Assembly (NCBI GenBank): GCA_016930445.1
Contig: JAFGGT010000031.1
Span: 1 to 45,225, forward strand
Length of the DNA: 45,225 nt
Direction of reading: 5' to 3'
DNA from: Candidatus Methanofastidiosia archaeon
GTDB lineage: Archaea; Methanobacteriota_B; Thermococci; Methanofastidiosales; NM3
Below, in pieces: positions 34,645-45,139 of the stretch. Made by a program: the position numbers and the translations under genes. A model generated the notes under the pieces. That model was not told the origin of the DNA. It made no database searches and was given only the letters and a program-made list of their open reading frames with translations. Within the stretch, counting starts at the first letter, position 1, and each line of letters opens with the position of its first letter.

Positions 34645-36432
34645 ATGAAATTACTGTTGATGGGCAATGAAGCAATTGGAAGGGGGGCGATCGAGGCTGG
34701 CGTGAACGTGGTCGCCGCATACCCAGGAACTCCTTCTTCAGAGATTCCAGAATACATTTCTAGACATGCCAAGGAGAACGGCATATTCATGGAATATTCG
34801 ACCAATGAGAAGGTATCGCTCGAGGTCTGCATTGGTACTAGCTGGTCCGGCCTGAGATCAATGGCAACAATGAAGCATGTGGGGCTCAATGTAGCATCGG
34901 ATGCGCTCATGACCTTGACCTATACTGGGGTTGTGGGGGGGCTATTGTTGGTCTCCGCGGACGATCCGTCGTGTCACTCCTCCCAGAACGAACAAGATAA
35001 CAGATATTATTCTCTTCTGGCCAACATACCAACACTTGAGCCATCCTCGCCGCAGGAGGCTTATGAGATGGCCAAGGAAGCGTTCGCAATTTCAGAGGAG
35101 TTGTGCCTTCCGGTCATGCTCAGACCTACAACCCGGACCTGCCACTGCAGGGCTGATGTGGAGGTTGGCAAGGTCGTGAAGAGGGACGGCGCCCCAGAGT
35201 TCAAGAGGGATGTCACCCATAGGGTGACCATACCGGCACATGCAAGGATAATGCATCCCGAGCTGTTGGGGAAAGTTGAGAAAGCCAGGGGCCTCTTTGA
35301 GAAAAGCCATTTCAACTCCATTGAAGGCAAGGGGAAGATAGGCATCATAGGATCGGGCATCTCATACGCATACGTGAAGGAGGCCTTGGGGGCAATCGAA
35401 GAGGAGGTGTCGGTTTTCAAGCTGGGCACCTTGCACCCGTTGCCGACGAACAGGCTTTTGGAGTTCCTAAAGGACAAGGAGAAGGTCCTTGTGGTGGAGG
35501 AGATGGAACCGATTTTGGAATGGCAGCTAAAGGCCTTGGCTCATGACAATCGCCTCAAGGTAAAGATCTATGGAAAGGACGTGATCCCCAGGGTAGGCGA
35601 GCTAAACACGAACATAGTCAGGACGGGCATAAGAGAAGCGCTCGCGATCGGCTCTGGGCCGGCCCAAGAGGAGGTGGCAGAGATGCCAGACCTTCCACCA
35701 AGACCGCCCATGCTGTGTCCGGGATGCCCGCACCGGGCCACTTTCTACTGCATGAACAAGACCTCCAAGAAATGGATAAAGCCCAGCGACATAGGCTGTT
35801 ACACCCTTGGGATTATGCCGCCGCTGAACGCTGTGGACACCACATTCTGCATGGGAGCCAGCATAGGCATCTCATGCGGGTTCGCGGCGGCTGGAAATAA
35901 GGAGATAATCGCCTCCATAGGCGACTCGACATTCTTCCACACAGGCATTCCGCCACTAATCGATGCCGTTTACAACAAACATAACATAACGGTCGTCATA
36001 CTGGACAACAGGACGACGGCCATGACAGGCCATCAACCCAATCCTGGCACTGGATTAAATGCAACGATGGATCCCGCACCGATGATAGACCTGGTGAGGG
36101 TATGTGATGCCATCGGCGCGTTCACACAGCTTGTGGACCCATATGACCTGGATGTGACCATGGATGCCCTCAGGAAGGCCAACGAGCACGAGGGCCCTGC
36201 CGTGGTGGTGGCAAAGCGGCCCTGCATCCTCCTTGAGAAAAGGCCAAGCACGGAAGCGGGGTACCATGTCAATCAGGAGAAGTGCACAGGGTGCAGCATA
36301 TGCCTTAAGGAATTGGGATGCCCTGCGATGCTGTTCAATAGAGAGGATAAGAAGGCTTCAATAGACGACCTGCTTTGCGTGAACTGTGGGGTCTGCGCGC
36401 AGGTATGCCCATATGATGCAATCGAGGTGTAA
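34645..36432 (+). CDS. iorA: Indolepyruvate:ferredoxin oxidoreductase alpha subunit
   Basis: GNEAIGRG, YPGTPSSE, KHVGLNVA, SSQNEQD, CPGCPHR, TPP-binding GDSTFFH...LDN, and a C-terminal 2x[4Fe-4S] domain. Confidence 0.95.
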   Translation: MKLLLMGNEAIGRGAIEAGVNVVAAYPGTPSSEIPEYISRHAKENGIFMEYSTNEKVSLEVCIGTSWSGLRSMATMKHVGLNVASDALMTLTYTGVVGGLLLVSADDPSCHSSQNEQDNRYYSLLANIPTLEPSSPQEAYEMAKEAFAISEELCLPVMLRPTTRTCHCRADVEVGKVVKRDGAPEFKRDVTHRVTIPAHARIMHPELLGKVEKARGLFEKSHFNSIEGKGKIGIIGSGISYAYVKEALGAIEEEVSVFKLGTLHPLPTNRLLEFLKDKEKVLVVEEMEPILEWQLKALAHDNRLKVKIYGKDVIPRVGELNTNIVRTGIREALAIGSGPAQEEVAEMPDLPPRPPMLCPGCPHRATFYCMNKTSKKWIKPSDIGCYTLGIMPPLNAVDTTFCMGASIGISCGFAAAGNKEIIASIGDSTFFHTGIPPLIDAVYNKHNITVVILDNRTTAMTGHQPNPGTGLNATMDPAPMIDLVRVCDAIGAFTQLVDPYDLDVTMDALRKANEHEGPAVVVAKRPCILLEKRPSTEAGYHVNQEKCTGCSICLKELGCPAMLFNREDKKASIDDLLCVNCGVCAQVCPYDAIEV

Positions 36433-36437
36433 CGAAA

Positions 36438-38093
36438 ATGACAGATGATTATGAGATTTTTGAAGGCAAGATCGACAGAGAGGAGCTCGAATCCCGGATA
36501 GGAGAGAAGGTAAAGGAATTTCAAGGCCTCTTGACAAGGGCGGGGGCCATATCGATTATAGCTTCCGAACTGGGGATAGAGACTAAGGAGAAGCCCGCTG
36601 AGATATGCATAAAGATCTCGGAGATCATCGAAGGGACCATGAACATAGAGCTCGTGGGCAGGATAATTAGGAAGTCTGAAGTCAAGACCTTCACGAAAAA
36701 GAGCACCGGCGGGCCCGGGAGGGTCTTGAGGCTCGAATTGGGCGATGAGACCGGCAGGATGCCGGTGGTCCTTTGGGACGAGAAGGTGGAGGAGGCAATC
36801 GCCCTCGAAGAGGGGGACGTGGTCAGGATACATGGCGGCTTTGCGAAGAAGGGCATCAATGGGCGCCTAGAGCTTACCCTTCAAAGAAGGGGCGGCGTCG
36901 AACGTTCCGACGAAAGGATAAGCATAGATGGCCTTGCCCCGAAGAGGGCCGAGATCGGCTCCCTGCATGAGGACATGGGAGAGATCAAAGTGATAGGGGC
37001 CGTCGTGAACGTCTCCGATGTAAGGGAGTACGAGAGGGACGGAAGGATCTTCAAGGTATGCTCGCTTTTTATACAGGACAACACAGGACAGGCAAGGGTC
37101 TCCCTATGGAACCAGAACGCCGAGAGGTCTAGTCAGATATCGATCGGTGACATAATCGAGATCGAGAACTGCAGTGCCAGAAATGGTTTCAACGGCATGG
37201 AGATACAAACCAACTCATACACCCGGCTGAACCTGAACCCCGACATCGACGGGTTGTCTCTGCCCACGATAGACACCAATGTCCAGATATCGGATATCAC
37301 GTCTGAGATGCAGTTCTTTTCGGTCTGCGGCACATTGGTCAGGGCCTACGAGCCCCGGACCTTTGAGAGGGACGACGGGTCACAGGGGGTAGTAGCGTCC
37401 ATAGAGATCAGGGACGAGACCGGAACTTGCAGGGCATCGCTTTGGGATGACAAGGCGAGGATAGTCCAGGGCCTCCCAGAGGGCACGGGCATCGTCTTGG
37501 AAGGATGCAGGGCCCGTGAGGGAATGGATGGCGTGGAGATAAGCATCGGAGCCTCCGGGAGGGTGTTGCCAAGACTGCCGGACCTCGAGTCCTATGCCCC
37601 AAAACCCGACGGGCTGGCCAGGGTCATCGAAATAAAGGATGGCGCCATCAAGGCCATAACGAAGGATGGCCCTCTGCTTCTTCTGACCGAGGAACAGGAC
37701 TTCTCATCAGGGGACCTGGTAAAGTATGATGGTAAAATGGAGCGAGGGGGCCTGAGGGCCAGGTCGATCGAGGCAAGCAACGAGGAATATCCTTTGCTCG
37801 AAGACCTTATATCCCCTCCCCGCGCAAAGATAGTTGAGATGGCACCGGAAAGTTTGGTCAGGATAAGGGGCCTTGTTAGGCAGGTCACTCCAACAAGCGA
37901 TTACAAGATATTGAGGCTGGATGACGGTGAGGGCATGGCGACCGGCTATTTTTCTGGGGAAGTAGAGGCTGGCCGCGAATACGACATCCTTGCCAGGACC
38001 TTTTCCAACGGTGGGAACCTAGAGTTCTTCACAAGGGAGGCGGAAAGGATAGATAATATGGATGAGGCCTATAGATTATTGGAATTATTTTGA
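36438..38093 (+). CDS. Multi-OB-fold single-stranded DNA-binding protein (methanogen-type RPA)
   Basis: Three clear OB repeats (GDETGRMPVVLWD, QDNTGQARVSLWN, RDETGTCRASLWD) plus further OB-like segments. Directly upstream of radA. Confidence 0.85.
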   Translation: MTDDYEIFEGKIDREELESRIGEKVKEFQGLLTRAGAISIIASELGIETKEKPAEICIKISEIIEGTMNIELVGRIIRKSEVKTFTKKSTGGPGRVLRLELGDETGRMPVVLWDEKVEEAIALEEGDVVRIHGGFAKKGINGRLELTLQRRGGVERSDERISIDGLAPKRAEIGSLHEDMGEIKVIGAVVNVSDVREYERDGRIFKVCSLFIQDNTGQARVSLWNQNAERSSQISIGDIIEIENCSARNGFNGMEIQTNSYTRLNLNPDIDGLSLPTIDTNVQISDITSEMQFFSVCGTLVRAYEPRTFERDDGSQGVVASIEIRDETGTCRASLWDDKARIVQGLPEGTGIVLEGCRAREGMDGVEISIGASGRVLPRLPDLESYAPKPDGLARVIEIKDGAIKAITKDGPLLLLTEEQDFSSGDLVKYDGKMERGGLRARSIEASNEEYPLLEDLISPPRAKIVEMAPESLVRIRGLVRQVTPTSDYKILRLDDGEGMATGYFSGEVEAGREYDILARTFSNGGNLEFFTREAERIDNMDEAYRLLELF

Positions 38094-38105
38094 GAGGAGA
38101 TTAGA

Positions 38106-39056
38106 ATGAGTGAAGAAATTAAGATCATCGACGATCTTCCAGGGGTAGGCCCAGTTACGGCAGAGAAGCTAAGGGCCGCGGGGTTTACCACCATAGAATC
38201 AATAGCCGTTTCCTCGCCCATGGAGCTACGCGAGGTTGCCGAGATAACAGAGCCCACGGGGGCCAAGATCATTGCTGCGGCAAGAAAGGCCGCCGATGTG
38301 GGCGGATTCATCTCCGGCGAAGAGGTCTTTGAAAGAAGGCAGACGATAGGCCGCATAACGTCGGGCAGCAAAAGGCTCGATGACCTCATAGGCGGGGGAT
38401 TCGAGACCCAGGCAATAGTCGAGGCCTTCGGTGAGTTCGGGAGCGGAAAGTCCCAGATTGCCCACCAATTGGCCGTGACGGTCCAGCTTCCAAAGGAAAG
38501 AGGCGGCCTGGACGCGTGCGCCGCCCTCATAGACACCGAGAACACCTTCAGGCCAGAGAGGGTGATGCAGATAGCCAAGTTTCTCGAAATGGACCCAAAG
38601 GAGGCGCTGAGGAACATACACGTTGCCAGGGCATTCAATTCCAGCCACCAGATACTTTTAGCCGAAAGGGCCGAGGAGCTCTTCGAGAAGCTGGGATGCA
38701 AGCTGCTCATAGTCGATTCTCTGACCTCGATGTTTAGGGCAGAGTTCGTCGGGAGGGGCACCTTGGCGGAGAGGCAGCAGAAGCTGGGCATGCATCTCAG
38801 GCAGCTCCACAAGATCGCCAATCTTTACGATTCCTGCGTCTTTGTCACAAATCAGGTCTCCTCGAAACCCGATGCTTTCTTCGGTGATCCGACAAGGCCG
38901 GTCGGAGGGCACGTTCTGGGCCACTCAGCGACCATCAGGATATATCTTAGGAAGAGCAAACAGGGCCAGAGGATAGCCAGGCTTGTGGATTCGCCGTCCC
39001 TCCCTGAGGGGGAAGCTCTCTTCATGGTGACTGAGAACGGCATAACAGACAAGTGA
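38106..39056 (+). CDS. radA: DNA recombinase RadA, no intein
   Basis: HhH LPGVGP, Walker [27 protein letters not shown] and GGHVLGH. Confidence 0.98.
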   Translation: MSEEIKIIDDLPGVGPVTAEKLRAAGFTTIESIAVSSPMELREVAEITEPTGAKIIAAARKAADVGGFISGEEVFERRQTIGRITSGSKRLDDLIGGGFETQAIVEAFGEFGSGKSQIAHQLAVTVQLPKERGGLDACAALIDTENTFRPERVMQIAKFLEMDPKEALRNIHVARAFNSSHQILLAERAEELFEKLGCKLLIVDSLTSMFRAEFVGRGTLAERQQKLGMHLRQLHKIANLYDSCVFVTNQVSSKPDAFFGDPTRPVGGHVLGHSATIRIYLRKSKQGQRIARLVDSPSLPEGEALFMVTENGITDK

Positions 39057-39065
39057 AGTGCTTGG

Positions 39066-39836
39066 ATGGCCATAGGTTACCTGATAGACATTGACGGGGT
39101 CATTAGGGTGGGCGACCGGCCCATCCCGTCTGCCATAGCGTTCGTAGATTCCCTCTTGTCGAGAAAGATCCCCTTTTTGCTCGTGACCAACAATTCCACT
39201 AGGACGCAGTTGGAGAATGCCAGGATGCTTGGCGCCCTTGGGCTATCAATGCCCCCTGAGATGATAGTAACATCTGCAATGGTTACTGGGAGGTACATAT
39301 CTTCTAGGATGCGAGGCGCAAGAGCATATGTGATAGGCGAGCCAGGCCTCAGGGAGACCCTTAGGTCCTACGGGGTCGTCATGGCCAGAAGTTCCCCAGA
39401 CTTCGTCGTCGTCGGGCTAGACTGGCATTTCACGTACTATAAGATGAAGACCGCCACCCTCGCACTTAGGCGAGGGGCGGAGCTCATAGCCACGAACACG
39501 GACGTCTCGTTCCCCCTCCCAGAGGGCCTGGTGCCTGGCGCGGGGGCATTGGTGGCGTCGATCAGTGCTGCAACGGGCATGGAGCCTATTGTGATGGGCA
39601 AACCAAACCCTCCAATGTTCGAACTGTCCCTCTCCATGATTGGGATGGAGCGGGGGGAGGTTGTCGTCATCGGCGACAGGATGGACACAGACATAGCGGG
39701 CGCGAAGCGCGCAGGCATGCGCTCTATACTTGTGACAACCGGGGTCTCAAAAGTCCCCGAACTGCCTGCAGACGCTTCAATGCCCGAGAGGGTCGTTGCG
39801 TCCTTGTCGGAGATAGACCCGGAGGAACCCCTATGA
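39066..39836 (+). CDS. HAD-IIA (NagD-like) phosphatase
   Basis: DIDGV, TNNS, GKP and IGDRMDTDI. Confidence 0.92.
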   Translation: MAIGYLIDIDGVIRVGDRPIPSAIAFVDSLLSRKIPFLLVTNNSTRTQLENARMLGALGLSMPPEMIVTSAMVTGRYISSRMRGARAYVIGEPGLRETLRSYGVVMARSSPDFVVVGLDWHFTYYKMKTATLALRRGAELIATNTDVSFPLPEGLVPGAGALVASISAATGMEPIVMGKPNPPMFELSLSMIGMERGEVVVIGDRMDTDIAGAKRAGMRSILVTTGVSKVPELPADASMPERVVASLSEIDPEEPL

Positions 39837-40480
39837 TAGGCATGGATGAGGCGGGAAGGGGGCCTGTGCTCGGCCCTCTGGTAGTGGCAGCGATGCAGAT
39901 AGACGATGAGCGCTTTTTGAAGGATATTGGTGTTAGGGATTCCAAAAGGCTCTCGCCCAAGAGAAGGGAGCGTCTCTATCAGGAGCTCATTACATGTTGC
40001 GAGTTCAGGGCGGAGAGCGTCAGCGCCAGGGAGATAGACGAGCTTAGAAGGAACGCCACTCTGAACAAGATTGAGGAGTCACTCTTCATAAAGGCAGCAT
40101 CCGACCTGGAATACGCGGACGAGCCCCTCTATGTCGACTGTTGCGATACGGACGAGAGGAGATTTGGAAACGCTCTGGAGGCAGGCCTTCCGGGCGCGAG
40201 GGTATGCTCCTGCCACAGGGCCGACGAGAAATATCCTTGTGTAGCCGCGGCATCGATAATAGCCAAGGTGATCAGGGACTCTAACATCTCCCATCTCAAC
40301 GAAGTGGCCATAGAGAGATGGGGCATCGGCATCGGCAGCGGGTATCCGAGCGATCCCGACACATGCAGATTCCTGCAATACTTTAAGGAAAACAAGGAGG
40401 AGATGCCTTTCTTCGTAAGGCGCTCCTGGAAGACCGTGCAGAATCTGGGGCAATCAACGCTTGATGCCTACAACGAATGA
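39833..40480 (+). CDS. rnhB: Ribonuclease HII
   Basis: DEAGRGP, DSKRL, AASIIAKV, GSGYPSDP, RRSW, and C-terminal PIP-like QSTLDAY. Confidence 0.96.
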   Translation: MIGMDEAGRGPVLGPLVVAAMQIDDERFLKDIGVRDSKRLSPKRRERLYQELITCCEFRAESVSAREIDELRRNATLNKIEESLFIKAASDLEYADEPLYVDCCDTDERRFGNALEAGLPGARVCSCHRADEKYPCVAAASIIAKVIRDSNISHLNEVAIERWGIGIGSGYPSDPDTCRFLQYFKENKEEMPFFVRRSWKTVQNLGQSTLDAYNE

Positions 40481-41104
40481 ATGGTCCTTCTCATAGGCGG
40501 ATATGTCCAGGGTCTCCGTTATGTCGATCTTTTGACGCAATTTGGATACCTCCTCCCTAAAGACCTTATCCGGGTCCCTTGTGACATCTATGCTCCTTGC
40601 CTTTATGCAGAGCATTATGTTGCCGCCGGTCTTGAGGAAAGGCAGATTCCTGAGTAGAATCTCGGCCTGCTCCACCTGTGCCACGTCCTGATAAATGAGG
40701 TCCACCTCTTCGAGGAATGCAGCATACTGCTGCGGGTCCTTTGCATTGCCCAGTATGGGGACGATGTTCTGCCTTGACTCCGCGACCGCCATGAAGTCCC
40801 TCATGGACCTTGGCGCGAACTCGACGCAGTATATCCTGCCATCCGTCGCAATGTCGGATATATGGGACACCGTAGTGCCCGTGGCCGATCCAAGGTAGAG
40901 CACCTTTGAATCCTTTCCTATCGGCAGCTCCTTCAATCCCTCCATTATGGCTGAGGCGAGTTTTGACCTGAAGGGATTCCAGACCCGGTACTCTTCGCCA
41001 TCTACGTCGAGAAGCTTTTCACCATAGACCCTGGTCCCCCTCACGAGATTCCTTGTCATTATGCCCTGGTCGTCCATCAGGACGTTAGGAAAGAGCCTCT
41101 TCAT
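40454..41104 (-). CDS. flpA: Fibrillarin (C/D box 2'-O-methyltransferase)
   Basis: VYGEK, YRVWNPFRSKL, VLYLGSATGTTVSH, DVAQ and KARSID. Confidence 0.97.
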   Translation of the reverse strand: MKRLFPNVLMDDQGIMTRNLVRGTRVYGEKLLDVDGEEYRVWNPFRSKLASAIMEGLKELPIGKDSKVLYLGSATGTTVSHISDIATDGRIYCVEFAPRSMRDFMAVAESRQNIVPILGNAKDPQQYAAFLEEVDLIYQDVAQVEQAEILLRNLPFLKTGGNIMLCIKARSIDVTRDPDKVFREEVSKLRQKIDITETLDISAYEKDHSFVVGIKR

Positions 41105-42198
41105 TTCCTTCTACCTCCCCTCTTTGCCTTTGCCTTGCCCCTGGGCGGGTAAGGGTACTTTTCCTTGATCTCCTTTATCCTGGCCTCTATCTTCTTTGAG
41201 AGCTCGTCAGCGACCATTCCGCCCGACCTGTAGTCGACCCTAGCGGCGATAGCAAGCTCTGAAGCAAGGGTCCTGGCTATCTTTCCCCTGTGCCAGGGCT
41301 TTGCGTTGTGGATGTCGGGCCATTGGAATATGATGCCGTGCTTCGGAGGCTTTGCCCCCGTTTTTAGATGCCTGAAGAGGGCCTTCTCTGCGCCAAGCAT
41401 CTGGATGGTGGAGGCCGGTTTTTGAGCGAGATTCCTAAGCCCACCTGCCAGTGCCATCAGCCTGGCAGTGATAAGGGGGCCTACGAGCGCGGTCATGTTG
41501 GGCGCGATCAAGGTCACGTTCTCTTCAATGTAATCTGAGAATTCCTGCCTGGTCCTTGCAAGCTCAACGGCCGCCCTTGCAAGCTTCTTTATCTCCTCGA
41601 TGTCCTGAGCAGACATCTGGGCGCCCATGCTGTTTTTCGCAGCCTCGGCCACCCTGGGTTCATCGATGTCCTCTCTGAAACCATAATTCGCTATCGTCTC
41701 GCAATAGGCCACGTTGTCAGGGACCAAAGCCTCGAGTTCTGGGAAATGTATGCCATACCACTCCACAAGCCTCTCCGTGAAGAGATTTATGGTCTGGTCG
41801 AGCTCATCGACAGAATTGATCGCCTGCGATATTGACAGGTCCTTTGACGAGGCAGCGACCTTGAGCTGCCTTCTGACAAGCTCTATTGCGACGCCCCTCT
41901 TGATATCGAACTCCAGTCCATCTTCCGCATCGGCCTTCGTTAGGACTTTCTTGATCAGGTCCTGCCGATCGCCCAGGGACATCTGCCTGCAGCCAAGGCT
42001 CTCGGCAACGGTCGCATTGTCGCAAACGGCCACATCGTGGTCCCTCAGCGCCTCCATCTCCTTGGGCAGAACCCCTTGGTCCAGTTGGAACATGATATCC
42101 GAAAGGCTTTCGGGGTCCTTGGGGAACGCTATTTTCAGCTGGACTTTATCGTCCTCGTCTAGCAAAAGTGCCCCCCAGACAGCAGTGATGACCTTCAT
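41101..42198 (-). CDS. nop5: Nop5 (Nop56/58) C/D RNP subunit
   Basis: EWYGIHFPEL, APN, PASTIQMLGAEKALF, PKHGIIF and RGKIAR. Likely ATG start at 42198. Confidence 0.96.
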   Translation of the reverse strand: MKVITAVWGALLLDEDDKVQLKIAFPKDPESLSDIMFQLDQGVLPKEMEALRDHDVAVCDNATVAESLGCRQMSLGDRQDLIKKVLTKADAEDGLEFDIKRGVAIELVRRQLKVAASSKDLSISQAINSVDELDQTINLFTERLVEWYGIHFPELEALVPDNVAYCETIANYGFREDIDEPRVAEAAKNSMGAQMSAQDIEEIKKLARAAVELARTRQEFSDYIEENVTLIAPNMTALVGPLITARLMALAGGLRNLAQKPASTIQMLGAEKALFRHLKTGAKPPKHGIIFQWPDIHNAKPWHRGKIARTLASELAIAARVDYRSGGMVADELSKKIEARIKEIKEKYPYPPRGKAKAKRGGRRK

Positions 42199-42295
42199 AA
42201 TTATCAAAAAAATAGTGTCAAAAAGGTATTTAAATAGATATGGTAGAAAAAAGACATATATACTTATATTTTAATTTATTGTAGAGGCGGGTATT

Positions 42296-43042
42296 TTGCA
42301 GAAACCTACGATTTCACAGATATACGGGATTTCACTGGAGGTCTACAAGGAGAACCTATTTAAAATGCTCGCACCTATGCTAATCCCGACGATCTTCATC
42401 GTAGGAGTTGCCCTCATATTCAATCTTAGGGCGTTGCCGTCTTTTGAGATAAAGGACATTTCACAATATTATAGTTTTTCTTCTTATCAAGCGCTGGAGA
42501 GGATACTTGGGACCTGGTATGAAATATTCCTGGTATCGATAATTGCGTATGTCATCTTTGTCCTTTACGCCGTCTGCACGACATCCGGCCTGATAAGCGA
42601 TGGCCTTAGGCGGGGCAGCATATCTTTTGACGTTGGCGGTAGAAAGGGGGCGACAGGGTTCGCTTTCTCACTCATACCTTTTGCACTCGTCATGCTGATG
42701 ACATACTATCTGGCATCGCAGTATGGCAAGTACTATGTGATAATTCCCTTTCTGCTAGGGTACCTTTGGAACTACACCATCGCCTCTAGCGTTGTTGACG
42801 GGGCGCTCATAGGCAAGAACATGGCCGTCAGCATGAGGGAGGTGCTAAGGCATCCTTTCTTCTCGGCAATAATATACGTCGTGCCGCTGGCCCTGGTCCT
42901 TGCGCCCACTGGGGGAGCCCTATATCTCTGCATCAACTACTTCCCCTCTTACCTATTCATAATAACACCCATTGTGATATTCCTCTTCATTCCGTACGCA
43001 GTCATAGTAAACACGATCGGATACCTTTCTTTAAAGCTGTGA
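42296..43042 (+). CDS. Hypothetical integral membrane protein
   Basis: About 6 hydrophobic segments. TTG start after GAGG; 4 nt upstream of elp3. Confidence 0.7.
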   Translation: MQKPTISQIYGISLEVYKENLFKMLAPMLIPTIFIVGVALIFNLRALPSFEIKDISQYYSFSSYQALERILGTWYEIFLVSIIAYVIFVLYAVCTTSGLISDGLRRGSISFDVGGRKGATGFAFSLIPFALVMLMTYYLASQYGKYYVIIPFLLGYLWNYTIASSVVDGALIGKNMAVSMREVLRHPFFSAIIYVVPLALVLAPTGGALYLCINYFPSYLFIITPIVIFLFIPYAVIVNTIGYLSLKL

Positions 43043-43046
43043 GAAG

Positions 43047-44708
43047 ATGAGCGATTCAAGAAGGGCCCTCGATGAGTTAGCCTCATTGATAGATAAGGGT
43101 GTGATAAGGGACAAGGAAACGCTTCAGAACGAAAAGGTGAGGGTCACCAAGAAATATTCTCTTGAGAAGATACCCTCCAACTCCGACATCCTTGCGCATT
43201 ATGGCAAGACCCTGCCATTCCTGCAGAGAAAACCCATGAGGACGATGTCCGGCGTGGCTGTGGTGGCCGTTATGACAAGGCCGGCCCCATGCCCACACGG
43301 AAAGTGCACATACTGCCCAGGAGGCCCGGAGCATGATGTCCCGCAATCCTACACTGGGCACGAACCCGCTGCCATGAGGGCGATCCAGAACAACTTCCAT
43401 CCGTTTCTTCAGATCTATAGACGGATAGAGCAGCTCCAGGTGGTCGGCCACCCCACCGACAAGATCGAGCTCATAGTCATGGGCGGGACATTCCCATCGC
43501 AGGACCTCGACTATCAGGAATATTTCGTGAGGGAATGCCTCGCCGCAATGAATCTCTTTTCGAAGGATGTCAGTTCTGATGAAATCTACGACGCCCTATT
43601 CCCAAGCGGTTCGCCTCCCTCAGACGGTGCCCTAAAGCTGCTCACCAAACGCCCGCTGCTCTTGGAGGATGCGCAGAGCGAGAACGAGGTGGCAAAGAAC
43701 AGGTGCGTCGGCATGACTTTCGAGACCAGGCCCGACTGGTCCAAGGCCCCCCACATCGACAGGATGCTCTCATACGGTGGCACCAGGGTCGAGCTCGGTG
43801 TTCAGACGGTGTACGATTACATATACGCAAGGGTCAAGAGAGGGCACACCACAAAGGACGTTAAAGAGGCCACCGCCCTTCTCAAGGACCAGGGCTTCAA
43901 GGTGAACTATCACATGATGCCCGGACTTCCGGGCTCCAATCCAGATAGGGACCTTAGGACGTTCGAGAGGATATTCGACGATCCGGACTATCGCCCCGAC
44001 ATGATAAAGTTCTACACCTGCCTTGTCCTAGAGGGAACGGAGCTTTACGAGGATTATCTGAAAGGCGAATATGTCCCGTATGATACGGAGCAGACAGTGG
44101 AGCTATTGGTCAAGATCAAGTCCCTCATGCCCGAATGGGTCAGGACGATGAGGATACAGAGGGACATACCGACGAACAGGATAGCCGCGGGTGCCATGAG
44201 CTCCAACATGGGGCAGATGGTGGAGGACGAGATGCGCAGGAGGGGCATGAGATGCAGATGCATAAGGTGCAGGGAGATAGGGCAGATGTGCTATAAGGAG
44301 GGCATAGAGCCAAAGGAAGAGGATGTGAGGCTTATAAGGAGGACCTACGAGGCATCGGGAGGGGTCGAGGAGTTCCTCAGCTTCGAGGACACCAAGAACG
44401 ATGCGCTTATCGGTTTCGTAAGGTTGAGAATGCCGGGCGAGCACATCTTCCGAAGCGAGATCACTAAGAGGACCGGCCTCATAAGGGAACTCCATGTCTA
44501 TGGCCCGATGGTGCCCATAGGGAAGACGGATGGCGAATGGTGGCAGCATAGGGGGTTTGGCCTCAAGCTTCTCCAGGAGGCCGAGCGCATCGCCTCCGAA
44601 GAGCACGGAATGGACAAGATGATAATCATCTCCGGCATCGGCGTAAGGGAATACTATAGGAAGCACGGATACGGAAGGGAGGGCCCATACATGGGCAGAA
44701 CCCTATAG
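43047..44708 (+). CDS. elp3: Elp3 tRNA uridine(34) acetyltransferase (radical SAM plus GNAT)
   Basis: CPHGKCTYCPGG, QSYTG, MGGTF, ETRPD, RIQRDIP, RELHVYG, QHRGFG and ISGIGVREYY. Confidence 0.97.
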   Translation: MSDSRRALDELASLIDKGVIRDKETLQNEKVRVTKKYSLEKIPSNSDILAHYGKTLPFLQRKPMRTMSGVAVVAVMTRPAPCPHGKCTYCPGGPEHDVPQSYTGHEPAAMRAIQNNFHPFLQIYRRIEQLQVVGHPTDKIELIVMGGTFPSQDLDYQEYFVRECLAAMNLFSKDVSSDEIYDALFPSGSPPSDGALKLLTKRPLLLEDAQSENEVAKNRCVGMTFETRPDWSKAPHIDRMLSYGGTRVELGVQTVYDYIYARVKRGHTTKDVKEATALLKDQGFKVNYHMMPGLPGSNPDRDLRTFERIFDDPDYRPDMIKFYTCLVLEGTELYEDYLKGEYVPYDTEQTVELLVKIKSLMPEWVRTMRIQRDIPTNRIAAGAMSSNMGQMVEDEMRRRGMRCRCIRCREIGQMCYKEGIEPKEEDVRLIRRTYEASGGVEEFLSFEDTKNDALIGFVRLRMPGEHIFRSEITKRTGLIRELHVYGPMVPIGKTDGEWWQHRGFGLKLLQEAERIASEEHGMDKMIIISGIGVREYYRKHGYGREGPYMGRTL

Positions 44709-45059
44709 GATGCACCCTTTGCATCTCGTCATGGAGCACTCCTCATTGTCGAACTTCCATTTGAGGCCCCATCTCTTGATGCCTTGGACCAACTCTATTA
44801 GCTCAAACCCGCTATCAGTGAGCGAATATAGGCATTTTACAGGTATTGTGCTGTCATCTACTCTCTTTCTTACAATTCCATCTGCCTCAAGTTCGCCGAG
44901 CCTCTCCGAGAGGATCTTTGGTGTTATCCCATCCACCCGTTTCTTCAACTCATTGAAATGCTTTTCATCCTTTGTCCCCTTGTAAAGCTCTAAAAGGACC
45001 AACAATGTCCATTTCTTGCCAATTATCGACAAAGTCTTGTATACCGTGCAGTCTTTCAT
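44703..45059 (-). CDS. HxlR/DUF24-family regulator
   Basis: CTV...IIGKKWTLLVL, FNEL, GITPKILSERLGELE and YSLTDSG. Confidence 0.92.
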   Translation of the reverse strand: MKDCTVYKTLSIIGKKWTLLVLLELYKGTKDEKHFNELKKRVDGITPKILSERLGELEADGIVRKRVDDSTIPVKCLYSLTDSGFELIELVQGIKRWGLKWKFDNEECSMTRCKGCIL

Positions 45060-45102
45060 GATATACTTTTAGAAACTGCTTATTATTTAAAGGTATCTAT
45101 TG

Positions 45103-45115
45103 TATACTAAGTATA
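45103..45115. promoter_or_regulatory. Palindrome in the divergent hxlR/hcp promoter
   Basis: TATACT-A-AGTATA is a perfect inverted repeat. Confidence 0.45.
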
Positions 45116-45139
45116 TTAAATATATTAGAGGAGACAGAA

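Noticed and set aside
21884..39056. Inteins in polC, cdc6 or radA
   Set aside because: Lengths are normal and the usual insertion motifs (RRNCDGDED, Walker A) are uninterrupted.
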